NCBI GenBank assembly: GCA_003647645.1
Contig: QMNG01000004.1
Location: 1 to 56,795, forward strand
DNA from: a candidate division Kazan bacterium
GTDB taxonomy: Bacteria > Patescibacteriota > Kazan-3B-28
DNA length: 56,795 nucleotides
Direction of reading: 5' to 3'
Both the position numbers and the translations under genes were made by a program. Shown in pieces: positions 10,681-20,946 of the stretch (its first letter is position 1; each line of letters begins with the position of its first letter). Below the pieces are notes generated by a model, which made no database searches, was not told the origin of the DNA, and was given only the letters and a program-made list of their open reading frames with translations.

Positions 10681-10695
10681 CTGGCTAATTCAATG

Positions 10696-10720
10696 AAAAC
10701 CGCTCTCGGAGCGGTTTTTT
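10696..10720 (+). terminator. Intrinsic terminator
   Basis: AAAACCGCTC-TCG-GAGCGGTTTTTT. Confidence 0.75.
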
Positions 10721-10722
10721 AC

Positions 10723-10751
10723 TTGACAGGTTGTAGGTTTTCTGATAGACT
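10723..10751 (+). promoter_or_regulatory. Putative sigma70 promoter
   Basis: TTGACA-17 nt-TAGACT with extended TG. Confidence 0.6.
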
Positions 10752-10834
10752 GCTTTCGATGGTTTCCTAGCGGTGGAGGCCGGGTATTCTTTACAAATCC
10801 GGAGCAGATTGCTCTATATCAGGAGGGGACAGCA

Positions 10835-11800
10835 ATGTCTCGTATTCACACTGTTTGGATGCACATAAAGCCGCATCTGGACGAGATTTGTGCCTTTTGG
10901 TTGTTAGTCCGCTTTGGGGAAAAGATGTTTCCGGGAATAGGCGACTGTGAGCTTCGGTTTACGGCTAACGGAGGAATCGTCTCTGACCAAAAAACTGCGG
11001 ACATGGAAGCCCAGGGACATCTATTCTTGGGCTGCGGCGATGAGGGAGCGCGCTTCAACGATCATCGTGGCGGTGTCAAGAAGAAATGCACTGCCGAGTT
11101 GGTGGCTGAGACACTCGGTCTCAGCTCCAAGGACGAGATTAAGTTGATGTTGGATTATGTTCACAAGGCAGATTTGGGAACGGGCATGGGCCCGTTCGAG
11201 TTTGCCTCTCTGATCAAGATGAAGCACAACTTACCCAACGGTGACACCGAAGAGGTGGTTCGCTGGGCCATGGCAGTCCTGGATGAAATACACCAGGATC
11301 AATATCTGTTTTGGTCAGAAGCGAACATTGAACTCGCCAAGCTTCAGTGCAGGCATCTTACTGAGTGGTCCATCATCTACATTGATGGAGTTGACAGTCC
11401 TCGAGTTCTACGAGCTGTTCGGGCTAACGTTGAGAAATGCGCTGTGTTTATCCAGCGTACGAAGACTGGAAATGTGCAGATCTTCTGCACAGACCAGCAC
11501 CGGCTTAAATTTCGGCTCCACTGGGTCGCCGGCGAACTTCGTCGGTTAGAAGATTTGGTCCGGTATGGTAAAGTCCGATGTGAAGATGCTGCTAAGAGAA
11601 TGGCAGTGGGAAAACTCGATGACAGTGACCCGTGGTATCTCATGGAGGGTAAAACCAAAGCGACTACGGGTGTTATGCTCCTTAACGGGTCGCTGACCCA
11701 TTCGGACGTCTCTCCAACCCGTTTGGGATTGGAAGAGATAGTGGATGTAGTTGAGAAATCTCTGGATTACTACCTTGAAAGAAAGAGAAAGAGAAGATAG
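10835..11800 (+). CDS. MYG1/DHH-like putative phosphoesterase
   Basis: N-terminal H..PHLDE and G...RFNDH...CTAELV motifs resembling MYG1/DHH; AGGAGG SD. Confidence 0.6.
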   Translation: MSRIHTVWMHIKPHLDEICAFWLLVRFGEKMFPGIGDCELRFTANGGIVSDQKTADMEAQGHLFLGCGDEGARFNDHRGGVKKKCTAELVAETLGLSSKDEIKLMLDYVHKADLGTGMGPFEFASLIKMKHNLPNGDTEEVVRWAMAVLDEIHQDQYLFWSEANIELAKLQCRHLTEWSIIYIDGVDSPRVLRAVRANVEKCAVFIQRTKTGNVQIFCTDQHRLKFRLHWVAGELRRLEDLVRYGKVRCEDAAKRMAVGKLDDSDPWYLMEGKTKATTGVMLLNGSLTHSDVSPTRLGLEEIVDVVEKSLDYYLERKRKRR

Positions 11801-11824
11801 AAAAGATTTTGCTCATTTGTACAT

Positions 11825-11857
11825 AGAGGCGGGACCTAAAAGGTTCCGCCTCTTTCT
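11825..11857. terminator. Terminator between convergent genes
   Basis: AGAGGCGGGACC-TAAAA-GGTTCCGCCTCT-TTCT. Confidence 0.7.
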
Positions 11858-12398
11858 ATTTCTTCCAAAAATTCTCTGGGATTTTGTTAATTAGATATTC
11901 TATTCTTTCCAGTACAAATAACAGATCTGATAAACGATTCAGAAATTTATGGATAATCGGATCGACAATTTCTGTTTCAGATAATCTCAAAACCTCGCGT
12001 TCAGCCCGGCGACAAGTGGTGCGGGCAATATCTAACATTGCTCCAGGTTTGTTATTGCCGGGAATAATGAAGTTTGAGATTGGAGGCAGAAATTGATTAA
12101 AATAGTCAATGCTTTTTTCCATACCGACGATATCCATTTCTGAAATGGTTGGTGTAAGTATCTGTTCTTTGGCAGCCAACATTGACATCATATTCATAAT
12201 TTTATTTTGAATTTTAAGTAGTAACTTGCGTGTGTCTGCATTAGTTGAAAAGGCTCGGGCAGCACCGAGAGTGGAGTTCAGCTCATCAACTGTGCCATAA
12301 GCGGAAGTTCGTAGATCAGTTTTGTTGACTCGTTCGCCAGTTCCGAGCGAGGTAGTGCCTAAATCACCTTTGCGGGTATATATTTTTTCCCTCTTCAT
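11856..12398 (-). CDS. pduO: PduO-type ATP:cob(I)alamin adenosyltransferase
   Basis: KIYTRKGDLGTT, YGTVDELNS, FIIPG, ARTTCRRAER, FLNRLSDLLF. Confidence 0.93.
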   Translation of the reverse strand: MKREKIYTRKGDLGTTSLGTGERVNKTDLRTSAYGTVDELNSTLGAARAFSTNADTRKLLLKIQNKIMNMMSMLAAKEQILTPTISEMDIVGMEKSIDYFNQFLPPISNFIIPGNNKPGAMLDIARTTCRRAEREVLRLSETEIVDPIIHKFLNRLSDLLFVLERIEYLINKIPENFWKK

Positions 12399-12439
12399 GA
12401 CAGATTATTTTATCAGGTAAACTGCTAAAATAGAAATAG

Positions 12440-13186
12440 ATGGCTACCATAAAAACATCGGGAATAGTGATAAGACAAATAAATCTGGGTGAGGCAGATA
12501 AGATTTTAACTATTTTGACCAGAGATAGAGGGAAAATCCGAGCTGTGGTTAAGGGGGTAAGACGGCCCAAGGCCAAATTGGCTGGTTTTACCGATATGTT
12601 CAGGTATAACGATTTTGTTCTGGCCGAGGGCAAGAATTTAGATATCGTAATTTCGGCTGTAACAATTGAACAATTTATTTCCGATGGCATAGAGCTGGAA
12701 AAGATCGGGATAATATATTATCTTTGCGAGCTGGTGGACAAACTGATGGAAGAAACCAATGAGGTCAAAGGAGTTTTTGAACTCCTACGTGAAGCTCTGC
12801 ACTTCGTAAGAAATCATGATATTGATTCAGCTCTGATAAAAAGTTATTTTGAGATGAAGATGTTATTGCTTTTGGGTTACTCGCCAGAGCTGAACCAGTG
12901 TGTGGCTACCCATAAAAAACTTGGCGATGAGGATGAACTAAGTTTTAGTGTGCGCTTAGGGGGAGTATTATGCGGCGACGCAAAAATAAAAGACGATTTT
13001 GCCCGACCCATATCGCAGAATACATTGAAATTTTTGCGGTTGTTGCAATGTTATCCACTTGCGGATGTTTCAAAAATTAAGGCTGATCCAGAAATTTTGA
13101 ATCAGATGTCGGCCGTAACTTCTGATTTTGTTGAATACGTAATGGAGGTGAGGCCAAAATCACTCGCCGTACTCGGCGAGTTATAG
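12440..13186 (+). CDS. recO: DNA repair protein RecO
   Basis: GEADKILTILTRDRGKIRAVVKGVRRPKAKL; FEMKMLLLLGYSPEL. Confidence 0.95.
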   Translation: MATIKTSGIVIRQINLGEADKILTILTRDRGKIRAVVKGVRRPKAKLAGFTDMFRYNDFVLAEGKNLDIVISAVTIEQFISDGIELEKIGIIYYLCELVDKLMEETNEVKGVFELLREALHFVRNHDIDSALIKSYFEMKMLLLLGYSPELNQCVATHKKLGDEDELSFSVRLGGVLCGDAKIKDDFARPISQNTLKFLRLLQCYPLADVSKIKADPEILNQMSAVTSDFVEYVMEVRPKSLAVLGEL

Positions 13187-13217
13187 TGCTACTTTTTCCC
13201 AAAGTAACCAAAAGCTG

Positions 13218-13430
13218 TTGGCACTTTGTCTTGGCAAAGTGCCAAAAACCGTTTACGCATTCACTCTCGCTGTTAGCTATTAAAGAAATCTTTTCTCTGG
13301 CTTATCTCTAAACTCACCCCGATGTTCCACATCGGGATTTAGACATAGAGCACACTAGGGTGATAGATTTCTTTTATTCAATACGCTCGAGCTCAATGCT
13401 AGGGGTTGGCTTTGCCAAATAGAGGAAATA
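13218..13430 (+). repeat. Dispersed structured element, copy B (preceded by an extra first-hairpin-like unit at 13188-13214)
   Basis: GGCACTTTG/CAAAGTGCC, AAACTC-hairpin-TTAGACA, GAGCTCAATG, TTGGC-TTT-GCCAA. Confidence 0.85.
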
Positions 13431-13525
13431 CTATAAAAACTAATCGGCCCATCCACGGGCCGATAGATTCTCCCTGTTTTTTCCATGATTCATAATTCTC
13501 TATTCTCTTCTCTGTATGTTATATA

Positions 13526-14443
13526 CTATCTTCTGCGCCGGCTGTGGAAGGCGCGGTGGACGTCCTTCAGCTGGCGGTTAGTGATGTGGGTGTAGACTTG
13601 GGTAGTGGTAATAGAGGAGTGGCCCAGCAGGGCTTGGACGGAGCGGATGTCGGCTCCGTTTATTAACAAATCAGTAGCATAAGAATGGCGCAGGGTGTGA
13701 GGCGTTACTTTTTTCACTATGCCGGCTTTGGTAGCATATTTTTGTATAATTCGCTGAACACTGCGGGGGGTAAGGAATTTGGCATTGGAATTAATTCCAT
13801 GTGAAATAAACACATATTCATTGTTATCCTTGCGTTTTTCTAAGTATCGTCTGAGAGTTGTCTTGGCTTCGTCAGACATAAACACAATTCGAGGTTTGTC
13901 GCCTTTGCCCCGGACCATAAACTCTCCGCGTTGGAGGTTAATTTTCTCTTTTTTAAGGGCAGTTAACTCAGAAACTCGCAGGCCGGTAGAAAAAAGAGTC
14001 TGAAGAATGGCATAATCTCTTAAATGTTGAAGTTTATTATCTTTGGGTACAGCTTCAAATAACCGATCGAGTTCATAAATTTCCAAAAAATCAACTGATC
14101 GTGGCGGGGTTTTGGGCAGTTCTATTTTTTCTGCCGGCAGAGATTTGACATCATTCCTAGCGAGGAACTTTAAAAATGCTCTAAGTGCGATAATGTGGTA
14201 ATTCTGAGTAACAAGTTTTAAGCTCTTTCCACTTGCATCTTTATAGCGATTAAGCCATTGGCGATATTTGCGAACCAAGGGCAGATCAATTTGGGCGGGG
14301 GAGAGGTTCTGTTTGCCAGCGCGTTTGGCAAACTCCAAAAAGCGCATCAGATAATGGTGGTAGTTATTCAGTGTGCGCTGGCTGCGATTTTTCTCGATTT
14401 CCATATAATCGAGAAAATCATTTATGTAATTCTTAAATCTCAT
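13526..14443 (-). CDS. XerC/XerD-family tyrosine recombinase (start could also be 14473)
   Basis: TGLRVSEL, VRGKGDK, TPHTLRHSYAT, LLGH, TTQVYTH catalytic R-K-H-R-H-Y set. Confidence 0.93.
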   Translation of the reverse strand: MRFKNYINDFLDYMEIEKNRSQRTLNNYHHYLMRFLEFAKRAGKQNLSPAQIDLPLVRKYRQWLNRYKDASGKSLKLVTQNYHIIALRAFLKFLARNDVKSLPAEKIELPKTPPRSVDFLEIYELDRLFEAVPKDNKLQHLRDYAILQTLFSTGLRVSELTALKKEKINLQRGEFMVRGKGDKPRIVFMSDEAKTTLRRYLEKRKDNNEYVFISHGINSNAKFLTPRSVQRIIQKYATKAGIVKKVTPHTLRHSYATDLLINGADIRSVQALLGHSSITTTQVYTHITNRQLKDVHRAFHSRRRR

Positions 14444-14483
14444 GATTTCATCCCTTGCTATATTGTGCGACATTATACTAAAT

Positions 14484-14515
14484 AAAAAAAGAGGCTCCGA
14501 ACTAGTTCGGAGCCT
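14484..14515 (-). terminator. Intrinsic terminator
   Basis: 24-bp palindrome AGGCTCCGAACTAGTTCGGAGCCT followed by a T-tract on the minus strand. Confidence 0.7.
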
Positions 14516-14834
14516 AAGTGTCCGGCCACCAGATGATAACTGGCTGATTCTCAAGTAGAGGACAAGGCCCGATGACACCACTGAGAGAGGAAGAGCACTT
14601 GGGTAACTTCTGCCTTTGCCACCGTCCGTAAACGTGTGTCAGAAATATAGATTGGTGGTTGGCGCAGAGCTGATGGAGTTGTTCGTCACCAATCAGCCGG
14701 TGCACTTTGCAGTTGGCTATACTCTCGTGGCACTGAGCCATCATAAAAAGAACATTGTAAACATGGTTTGGTATCTGAGACCCAAACTTCGTAATGAATT
14801 CCATTAGGGTCACTGTGACACATCTCCTTTTCAA
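14514..14834 (-). CDS. Hypothetical protein (true start probably slightly downstream, after AAGGAG)
   Basis: Fills the intergenic gap, has an SD-like AAGGAG and its own terminator. Confidence 0.5.
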   Translation of the reverse strand: MKRRCVTVTLMEFITKFGSQIPNHVYNVLFMMAQCHESIANCKVHRLIGDEQLHQLCANHQSIFLTHVYGRWQRQKLPKCSSSLSGVIGPCPLLENQPVIIWWPDT

Positions 14835-14906
14835 GTTACTCCCAATTGTCTCACTGGATGATGAAGAAGAGAGTAGTGTATCACATTTAGAGATTATAGT
14901 TAATCT

Positions 14907-16082
14907 CTAGCGGGGTAGATAACTAAGCGGATTCAAGGGTTTGCCGTTGTATCTGATTTCGAAATGTAAATGAGGCCCAGTGGAGCGGCCGGTTGAACCC
15001 ATCCGGGCAATCAGTTGCCCCTGCTGGACATAATCTCCAGATTTTACGTTAAATGAACTCAAGTGAGCGTAGCGAGTAACCCAGCCATCGCCGTGGTTGA
15101 TATCAATGTAATTGCCATATCCATATCGGCCGGTATAGGTGCGAACAATACCTGCAGCTGAGGCATAGATGCCCCAGCCATTCAGGCGGTTAAGGTCAAT
15201 TGCTTTATGGCGGTAATAATATCCCTGTGAAATAAAGTGTGTGTGGGTACTGGTTGGCCAAACAAACTGGCCGCTGCCAGATAAGGGGTTAAATGCGGGC
15301 AAATTGGCAACATCACCAGACGGGACGTATCTGCCACCGGATGTTTTGGGTGCGACCACACCCGGTACCAGAATTTCTTGTCCGGAGAATATTGGATCTT
15401 CCCGGTTGATTTTATTGTATTTAACAATGTCGTCAACACTAACATGGTAGCGACTGGCAATGGTACTGAGGGTATCGTTTTTGCGCACAGCTATAAAGAC
15501 GCCGTCAACCGCGGGGATCTTTAATTCCTGTCCGACTTTGAGTGAGTTGCCGGAAAGTTTGTTGGCATATTTTATTGTGTCAACGCTCAAACCAAAATCG
15601 CTGGCGACCGAAGCGACCGACTCGCCCTCTTTTACTGTGTAGATAATCGTCTCCCGGCGGCTGTTGCGGCTGATAACTGTCTGGGTGGCACCGGTTTTGA
15701 ATATATAATCGTTGTTTTCGCCAACAGTGGTGATAACTTCGTCATAGACGACATCTTCATGGAAATACTCGACAGATGCCAGCTCGGCAATGGTTCGGTA
15801 TCGGTTTTGCAGGCGGCCTTCTTCGCCACCGATCGCCACAGCGGCGCTGCGGGGAGTCAGACCAGAGAGAATGACTGAAATCGCCAAAATTGTGATGGCC
15901 CAGTGGCTACCAAAACCGTGGAGTGAACGCATCATTCCTTTAAATGAGAAATTAAATCGTGAAAGATTAGAAGTTACTGTAAAACCCAGATTGCGAAGCG
16001 ATCTCTGGTTATTTGGTTTACGAGTTGGTTGCGACTGCTGGGAGGTCGGCTGACTGACAGGCAGATGTTTTATGATATGCAA
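14907..16082 (-). CDS. LysM x2 + M23 peptidase
   Basis: YTVKEGESVASVA and VRKNDTLSTIA LysM repeats; HKAID, YAHL, STGPHLHFE. Confidence 0.95.
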   Translation of the reverse strand: MHIIKHLPVSQPTSQQSQPTRKPNNQRSLRNLGFTVTSNLSRFNFSFKGMMRSLHGFGSHWAITILAISVILSGLTPRSAAVAIGGEEGRLQNRYRTIAELASVEYFHEDVVYDEVITTVGENNDYIFKTGATQTVISRNSRRETIIYTVKEGESVASVASDFGLSVDTIKYANKLSGNSLKVGQELKIPAVDGVFIAVRKNDTLSTIASRYHVSVDDIVKYNKINREDPIFSGQEILVPGVVAPKTSGGRYVPSGDVANLPAFNPLSGSGQFVWPTSTHTHFISQGYYYRHKAIDLNRLNGWGIYASAAGIVRTYTGRYGYGNYIDINHGDGWVTRYAHLSSFNVKSGDYVQQGQLIARMGSTGRSTGPHLHFEIRYNGKPLNPLSYLPR

Positions 16083-16252
16083 TCTTTCTGATAATCTTTT
16101 TGGGCGAGAATGTTTGCTGGTACTAATGGCTTTATTGGTTAATAGTATGCCCTAGTTCCATTTGGTAAATACTCCCTAAAAAAGAACTACTAAGTCGGTA
16201 GCTCTACATGTGGATAATATCTGATAAACACTGATTTGTCAATTGAGCATTC

Positions 16253-17251
16253 TCAAGAGATAACTGTGATTGAGATTGTGTTATCAAAGCGGCTGATGTT
16301 CCCGCTGACATCGGCTACGATAACGTCCCCAACATAAATGCCAGGCTCGGTTGGAGCCGGCAAAGTAGCCACAAAAACACTAGTTTTGTTGAAATCAAAT
16401 AGTTCATATGTCTGCCCAGCCATTTCAACTGTCACTTTGGCGGCGTTGAGTGAAGCCGGAACAAATATAGCAAAACTCTCCCCGGCAACGACCCGTGCCG
16501 GAATAATTCTGATATTGGCTCTGTCTATACCGGCGGGGTCGGTTTTTATGGTGATGGTTACCAGATTGCTAGTCGCACTTTCAATTCCCAGATCGTTGAT
16601 GGCTATAGCTGCCAAAGTATGTTGGCCGTTGTATAGAGGTTTGTCTAAATGGGTCTGGAAATGTCCATGCTCGTCGGTTTTGGTGATGGTGTTATGTTTA
16701 CCGTTATCAGTGATGATAATTTTAGTATTTTGGGCACCAGCACCGATAATTTCCGGTTTGGAGTTATTGATTTGACTTTTGTCCGGCGGACTGGTGATTG
16801 TCGGGGCGGGAGGAACTTCTGACTGGATGAGTTCTATTGTTGTGGTTTGCCTCAAAATGCCGGAGGTGAACACGATTACTGATTTACCCGGATTGGAGCC
16901 GGCAGTGTATATGAACTGAATGTTATTATCTTTATGTTCTAAAAGCTCCACTCGGCCATCACCCCGAATAATGTTGGCAGTAAGAGGGCTGGATGTATTG
17001 ATGGGGGTAACCCAAATTTTACTTTGGCTCTTGCCGTCGGCCGGTAGCTGGCTATGCTCTACCTGAACTAATAAGTCGGAACCACCCAAATGAGCGGCCA
17101 GTTGGCTGATGCTGTTTTTTAGTGTTTGAAGACTAACGCCAGTTTGAGCTACAGCAACTGTTGAACCGATCAAGATTATCAGCCCGATAATGCCCAGAGC
17201 TATATATAGGATTCTATGCCGGTTAGCTTGGGGTGATTTTGTTTGTGCCAT
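16253..17251 (-). CDS. Membrane-anchored Ig-like (Big-type) domain protein
   Basis: N-terminal TM, LPADGKSQS invasin-like motif, PAPTITSP...GQHTLAAIA beta-sandwich pattern. Confidence 0.7.
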   Translation of the reverse strand: MAQTKSPQANRHRILYIALGIIGLIILIGSTVAVAQTGVSLQTLKNSISQLAAHLGGSDLLVQVEHSQLPADGKSQSKIWVTPINTSSPLTANIIRGDGRVELLEHKDNNIQFIYTAGSNPGKSVIVFTSGILRQTTTIELIQSEVPPAPTITSPPDKSQINNSKPEIIGAGAQNTKIIITDNGKHNTITKTDEHGHFQTHLDKPLYNGQHTLAAIAINDLGIESATSNLVTITIKTDPAGIDRANIRIIPARVVAGESFAIFVPASLNAAKVTVEMAGQTYELFDFNKTSVFVATLPAPTEPGIYVGDVIVADVSGNISRFDNTISITVIS

Positions 17252-17379
17252 AAGTCAATTGTAGCCACACTAGGCAGGTCGAAGCAATTTTTAGGCTTTG
17301 TGAGTGTAGCTCTTTCACCTTTATGATATATTAAGGATACACACGTTAAAGATTCACTAACATTTAAGGGGGTTTTGTT

Positions 17380-18795
17380 ATGGTCAGAAGAAAAGAAAGT
17401 CCAAAAGATCAAGAACGTCGAGTCAAGATTACAAAAAAGGCACAGGCAGAGGAGCCAGAAGTAACCATGACGGGGAGCAGTCGGCTGATGCGGGCTCGTC
17501 GGACTGGCGGGGTTAAACGGACGTTCTGGTTGTTTGCATTTATTATTATTTTCTTGGGTGTAGGCTGGTTCGCTGCTAGGGCAATGATTGTCGGATTAGG
17601 CGGGGACAGCAGCAACTTTTGGGCAGGCCTGTTCAAAACCAGTTCAGTCAATCTGATTGGCGAGGAGGACGGCCGGGTTAATATATTGATACTGGGCCAT
17701 CCCGGTGGCGGTGATGAGGTAGATGGCCCGTTTTTGACAGACACGCTGATGGTAGCCAGCTACAACGTAGAGGATAATTATCTGCATCTTTTCTCGATTC
17801 CACGTGATACTTATGTCTCAATCGAGGACTACGGTATGAGTAAAATTAACGGAGTGTTTGAAATTGGCAGAACTAAATTTGACGATGGTCCGGGTACAGC
17901 AATGCGAACTGTGGGAGATTTACTGGGACTTGGTATTCCCTATTATGTCAAAATCGATTTCGAGGGATTCGAGCAGGTTATTGACAGCTTGGGCGGCGTT
18001 AACATTGAGGTAGAAAAAGATCTGCATGATCAGTATTATCCAACCCCTGACAAAGGCTATGAGACACTCGATATTCCGGCTGGTACATATACAATGGACG
18101 GGGCCATGGCGTTGAAGTATGCCCGTTCTCGCAAAACCACATCGGATTTTGACAGGGCCAGACGACAACAGAAAATTCTTTTAGCTTTACGTGACCGGGC
18201 TATGGACATGGAGTTGCTCACCGCTCCCAAAAAGGTGATCGAAATCAGCGAAATAGTTAAAGATCACTTCTCAACTAACCTAAAAACAGGTGAGATAGAG
18301 CGGGCGCTGGAATTAATGGTAGGCATTGATCCTGAAAGAATATATAACAAAGTGTTCGACGATGGGCCTAACGGTGTGCTCTACGGTACCAAAGTGGATG
18401 GCATTTTTGTTCTAAAACCAATAAACGATGACTACACTAAGATTAGTGACTCTGTTGCTCTAGCCCTTTCTCGAGTAGGTGATGAAGCAACAACGGATGA
18501 GGATGCTGATCTGGAGCCCCTGAAAGTAGAGGTGTTAAATGGCACTAATATTACCGGGCTGGCCGGTCGGACGCGAGATAAACTTGAACAGGCCGGTTTT
18601 GAGGTGGTAAGAGTTGGCAACAACCCAACCAGAGGATTCACTGACTCTATTATCTATGACGGAACCGGTGGAGGCAGGTTCAGTGCAATCAATCGGTTGG
18701 CCGATTTGATGAATGCGACTATTAGTGAAGATGATAGTATAACTCCGGGATCGGGAGCAAATGTCCGCCTGGTATTGGGCGAATCGGCAAAATAG
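17380..18795 (+). CDS. LCP (LytR-CpsA-Psr) family protein with LytR_C domain
   Basis: NILILG, TDTLM, SIPRD, YARSR, SDFDRARRQQ, VEVLNGT. Confidence 0.95.
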   Translation: MVRRKESPKDQERRVKITKKAQAEEPEVTMTGSSRLMRARRTGGVKRTFWLFAFIIIFLGVGWFAARAMIVGLGGDSSNFWAGLFKTSSVNLIGEEDGRVNILILGHPGGGDEVDGPFLTDTLMVASYNVEDNYLHLFSIPRDTYVSIEDYGMSKINGVFEIGRTKFDDGPGTAMRTVGDLLGLGIPYYVKIDFEGFEQVIDSLGGVNIEVEKDLHDQYYPTPDKGYETLDIPAGTYTMDGAMALKYARSRKTTSDFDRARRQQKILLALRDRAMDMELLTAPKKVIEISEIVKDHFSTNLKTGEIERALELMVGIDPERIYNKVFDDGPNGVLYGTKVDGIFVLKPINDDYTKISDSVALALSRVGDEATTDEDADLEPLKVEVLNGTNITGLAGRTRDKLEQAGFEVVRVGNNPTRGFTDSIIYDGTGGGRFSAINRLADLMNATISEDDSITPGSGANVRLVLGESAK

Positions 18796-18899
18796 TTTGA
18801 ATCTGCTCTATAGAGGATTTCAAAAGTGGGGCAAGGTGTTGTTTAATGTAAAAGTTGTGCTGTCTTGGATACAATTGATTCTAAAATCTTCTATAAAAT

Positions 18900-19688
18900 A
18901 TGATAAATGAGGTTCGTAGTTGGCTCTGGGATAATCGGAAAGTTTTAATTGTCATAGCGCTGTTCATAGGTGTGCTTGAGCTGGTCTATTTCGTTCCCTT
19001 TTATCTCATGTGGTGGACATTGGCCTTGGCAGTCATATTGGCCTTGGGCATCTGGTGGCTGAGCGGCTTTACCAGTGAGATTAGCAAATGGTGGCTGTTG
19101 TGGCTGGAGTCTATTTGGATGGTTGCCGGCGGTCTCGGCTTTTTGTTGTTCAATTTGCTGGATAATTGGCAGTTTCAGATTGCTGCTGCGGTTTTGGCGA
19201 TTATTGTGTTTGCTATGATCAGGGCATATGAGATTTATCTAACGACTGGTAAATGGCCGGTGCGGGCATTTGCCTTTCTCAATTTTCTTAATGTTTTGGC
19301 CTTTTTCTTTGTTAGTGCCGGTCTGCTGTCAGCTGCCGACTTTTATTCCTTAAATCTGGGTGTACTGCTGATAGGCTTTGCGGCTCAAGTACTCCTAGCG
19401 ATTAACTTAAGGTTCTGGCGCGAGGGGGTGGCCTCTGTACGCAAATGGCTCTACGCCACAATTACTGTATTGGTGATGGAAGAGATCTTGTGGATCGTTA
19501 GTTCATGGCATCGGGGTGTTTATCTTAAAAGTTTTCTTCTAACTATTATTTTTTATATTTTTGCTGATTTTATAATGCACTACAGCCGAGGTAGCTTAAC
19601 AGTGAAGGTTGCAGTAGAATATGTCGGCTTGGTTCTGCTTTTGTTGGTAGCGATGTTTGTATTTGACTGGTTGTTTATTTTGCAATAA
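18900..19688 (+). CDS. Polytopic membrane protein
   Basis: 262 aa, many hydrophobic helices. Confidence 0.75.
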   Translation: MINEVRSWLWDNRKVLIVIALFIGVLELVYFVPFYLMWWTLALAVILALGIWWLSGFTSEISKWWLLWLESIWMVAGGLGFLLFNLLDNWQFQIAAAVLAIIVFAMIRAYEIYLTTGKWPVRAFAFLNFLNVLAFFFVSAGLLSAADFYSLNLGVLLIGFAAQVLLAINLRFWREGVASVRKWLYATITVLVMEEILWIVSSWHRGVYLKSFLLTIIFYIFADFIMHYSRGSLTVKVAVEYVGLVLLLLVAMFVFDWLFILQ

Positions 19689-19762
19689 GTGTAAACATTA
19701 AAAATTTAACGGCTTGTTCTTGAGCAGTTAGTGAGATAAGAGTTTTTGGTATAATAGTTCCC

Positions 19763-20869
19763 ATGGGAAATGTAAACTTCAAGCAGTGGAGTGTGGTTAT
19801 TGTGGTTGCTCTAATCGCTGGCGTACTGTCGGGTTGGGGAACGGTTTGGTATTTATCTTCAGAGAAGCCAGAAACGGTTTTTAATCGGACAGAAAGTGTC
19901 ACACTTAATGAAGACTCGGCAATCATCCATGCTGTGGAGAAAGTTTTGCCTAGTGTGGTGAGCATCATCAGCAGTGAGAATGTCAGAAATATATTTGGTG
20001 GCGTATTTGAGCAGCGGGGAGCCGGCACGGGTTTTGTTATCAGCTCCAACGGTCTGATTGCAACCAATAAACATGTAGTTGAATCCGATAGAGCAGATTA
20101 TCGGGTGATTACCTATAATGGCGACAGTTTTGACGCTGAAATAGTTGCCAAAGATCCGCTTGCTGATTTGGCTATCTTAAAAATAAAAGCCAAAGATCTG
20201 CCTGTGGTTGAGTTGGGTAACTCTGATGAGGTGGTGTTAGGCCAGAGGGTTATTGCTATTGGAAATGCTTTGGGCGAATATCAAAACAGTGTGACTACCG
20301 GTATTATCTCAGGTATCGGCAGAACGATAACGGCAATTAATCAGGCTGGTCAACAAGAGAGGTTAGAGGACGTTATTCAAACTGATGCAGCAATCAATCC
20401 CGGCAATTCTGGCGGTCCCCTAGTTAATTTAGCTGGACAGGTAGTGGGAATTAATACTGCTATTGATAATCAAGGACGGCTGGTGGGATTTGCAATTCCG
20501 ATCAATAGTGTTCAATCGGCAATTGAATCTGTACTGAAGAGCGGCGAAATAACCCGGCCCAGATTAGGTATCCGCTACATTCCCATTACTAAGGAGTTTG
20601 CTGCATTGAACAATATGGATATTGTACAGGGAGCGCTAGTGGCTCGGGGCGAAACAGAGGCTGAACTGGCTGTGCAGCCGGGAGGCCCAGCCGACTTAGC
20701 CGGGATTAAAGAGGGCGATATTATCATTTCTATCGGGGGAGAGGAAATTACCGAAGCCAGAAGTTTGATAGCAATTTTGCAGAATTTTAAACCGGGTGAT
20801 TCAGTGCAGGTGAAATTTATTCGCGAAGGTAAGGAAAGGCAGGTAACAGTCAGATTGGGCAAACTTTAG
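19763..20869 (+). CDS. htrA: HtrA/DegP-like serine protease with PDZ domain
   Basis: TNKHV, DLAILK, IQTDAAINPGNSGGPL, C-terminal PDZ. Confidence 0.95.
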   Translation: MGNVNFKQWSVVIVVALIAGVLSGWGTVWYLSSEKPETVFNRTESVTLNEDSAIIHAVEKVLPSVVSIISSENVRNIFGGVFEQRGAGTGFVISSNGLIATNKHVVESDRADYRVITYNGDSFDAEIVAKDPLADLAILKIKAKDLPVVELGNSDEVVLGQRVIAIGNALGEYQNSVTTGIISGIGRTITAINQAGQQERLEDVIQTDAAINPGNSGGPLVNLAGQVVGINTAIDNQGRLVGFAIPINSVQSAIESVLKSGEITRPRLGIRYIPITKEFAALNNMDIVQGALVARGETEAELAVQPGGPADLAGIKEGDIIISIGGEEITEARSLIAILQNFKPGDSVQVKFIREGKERQVTVRLGKL

Positions 20870-20887
20870 AAATAACTCATACCAAAC

Positions 20888-20928
20888 TCAAAACTCCGCT
20901 CGAGCTGTACAGCAGAGCGGAGTTTTGA
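20888..20928. terminator. Bidirectional terminator
   Basis: TCAAAACTCCGCTC...GAGCGGAGTTTTGA between convergent genes. Confidence 0.7.
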
Positions 20929-20946
20929 TTATGATCACAAGATAAC

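Noticed and set aside
13526-14443. Tyrosine recombinase as integrase of an island at tRNA-Ala/Ile
   Set aside because: It looks like a housekeeping XerC/D, recO lies in between, and I found no distal att repeat.
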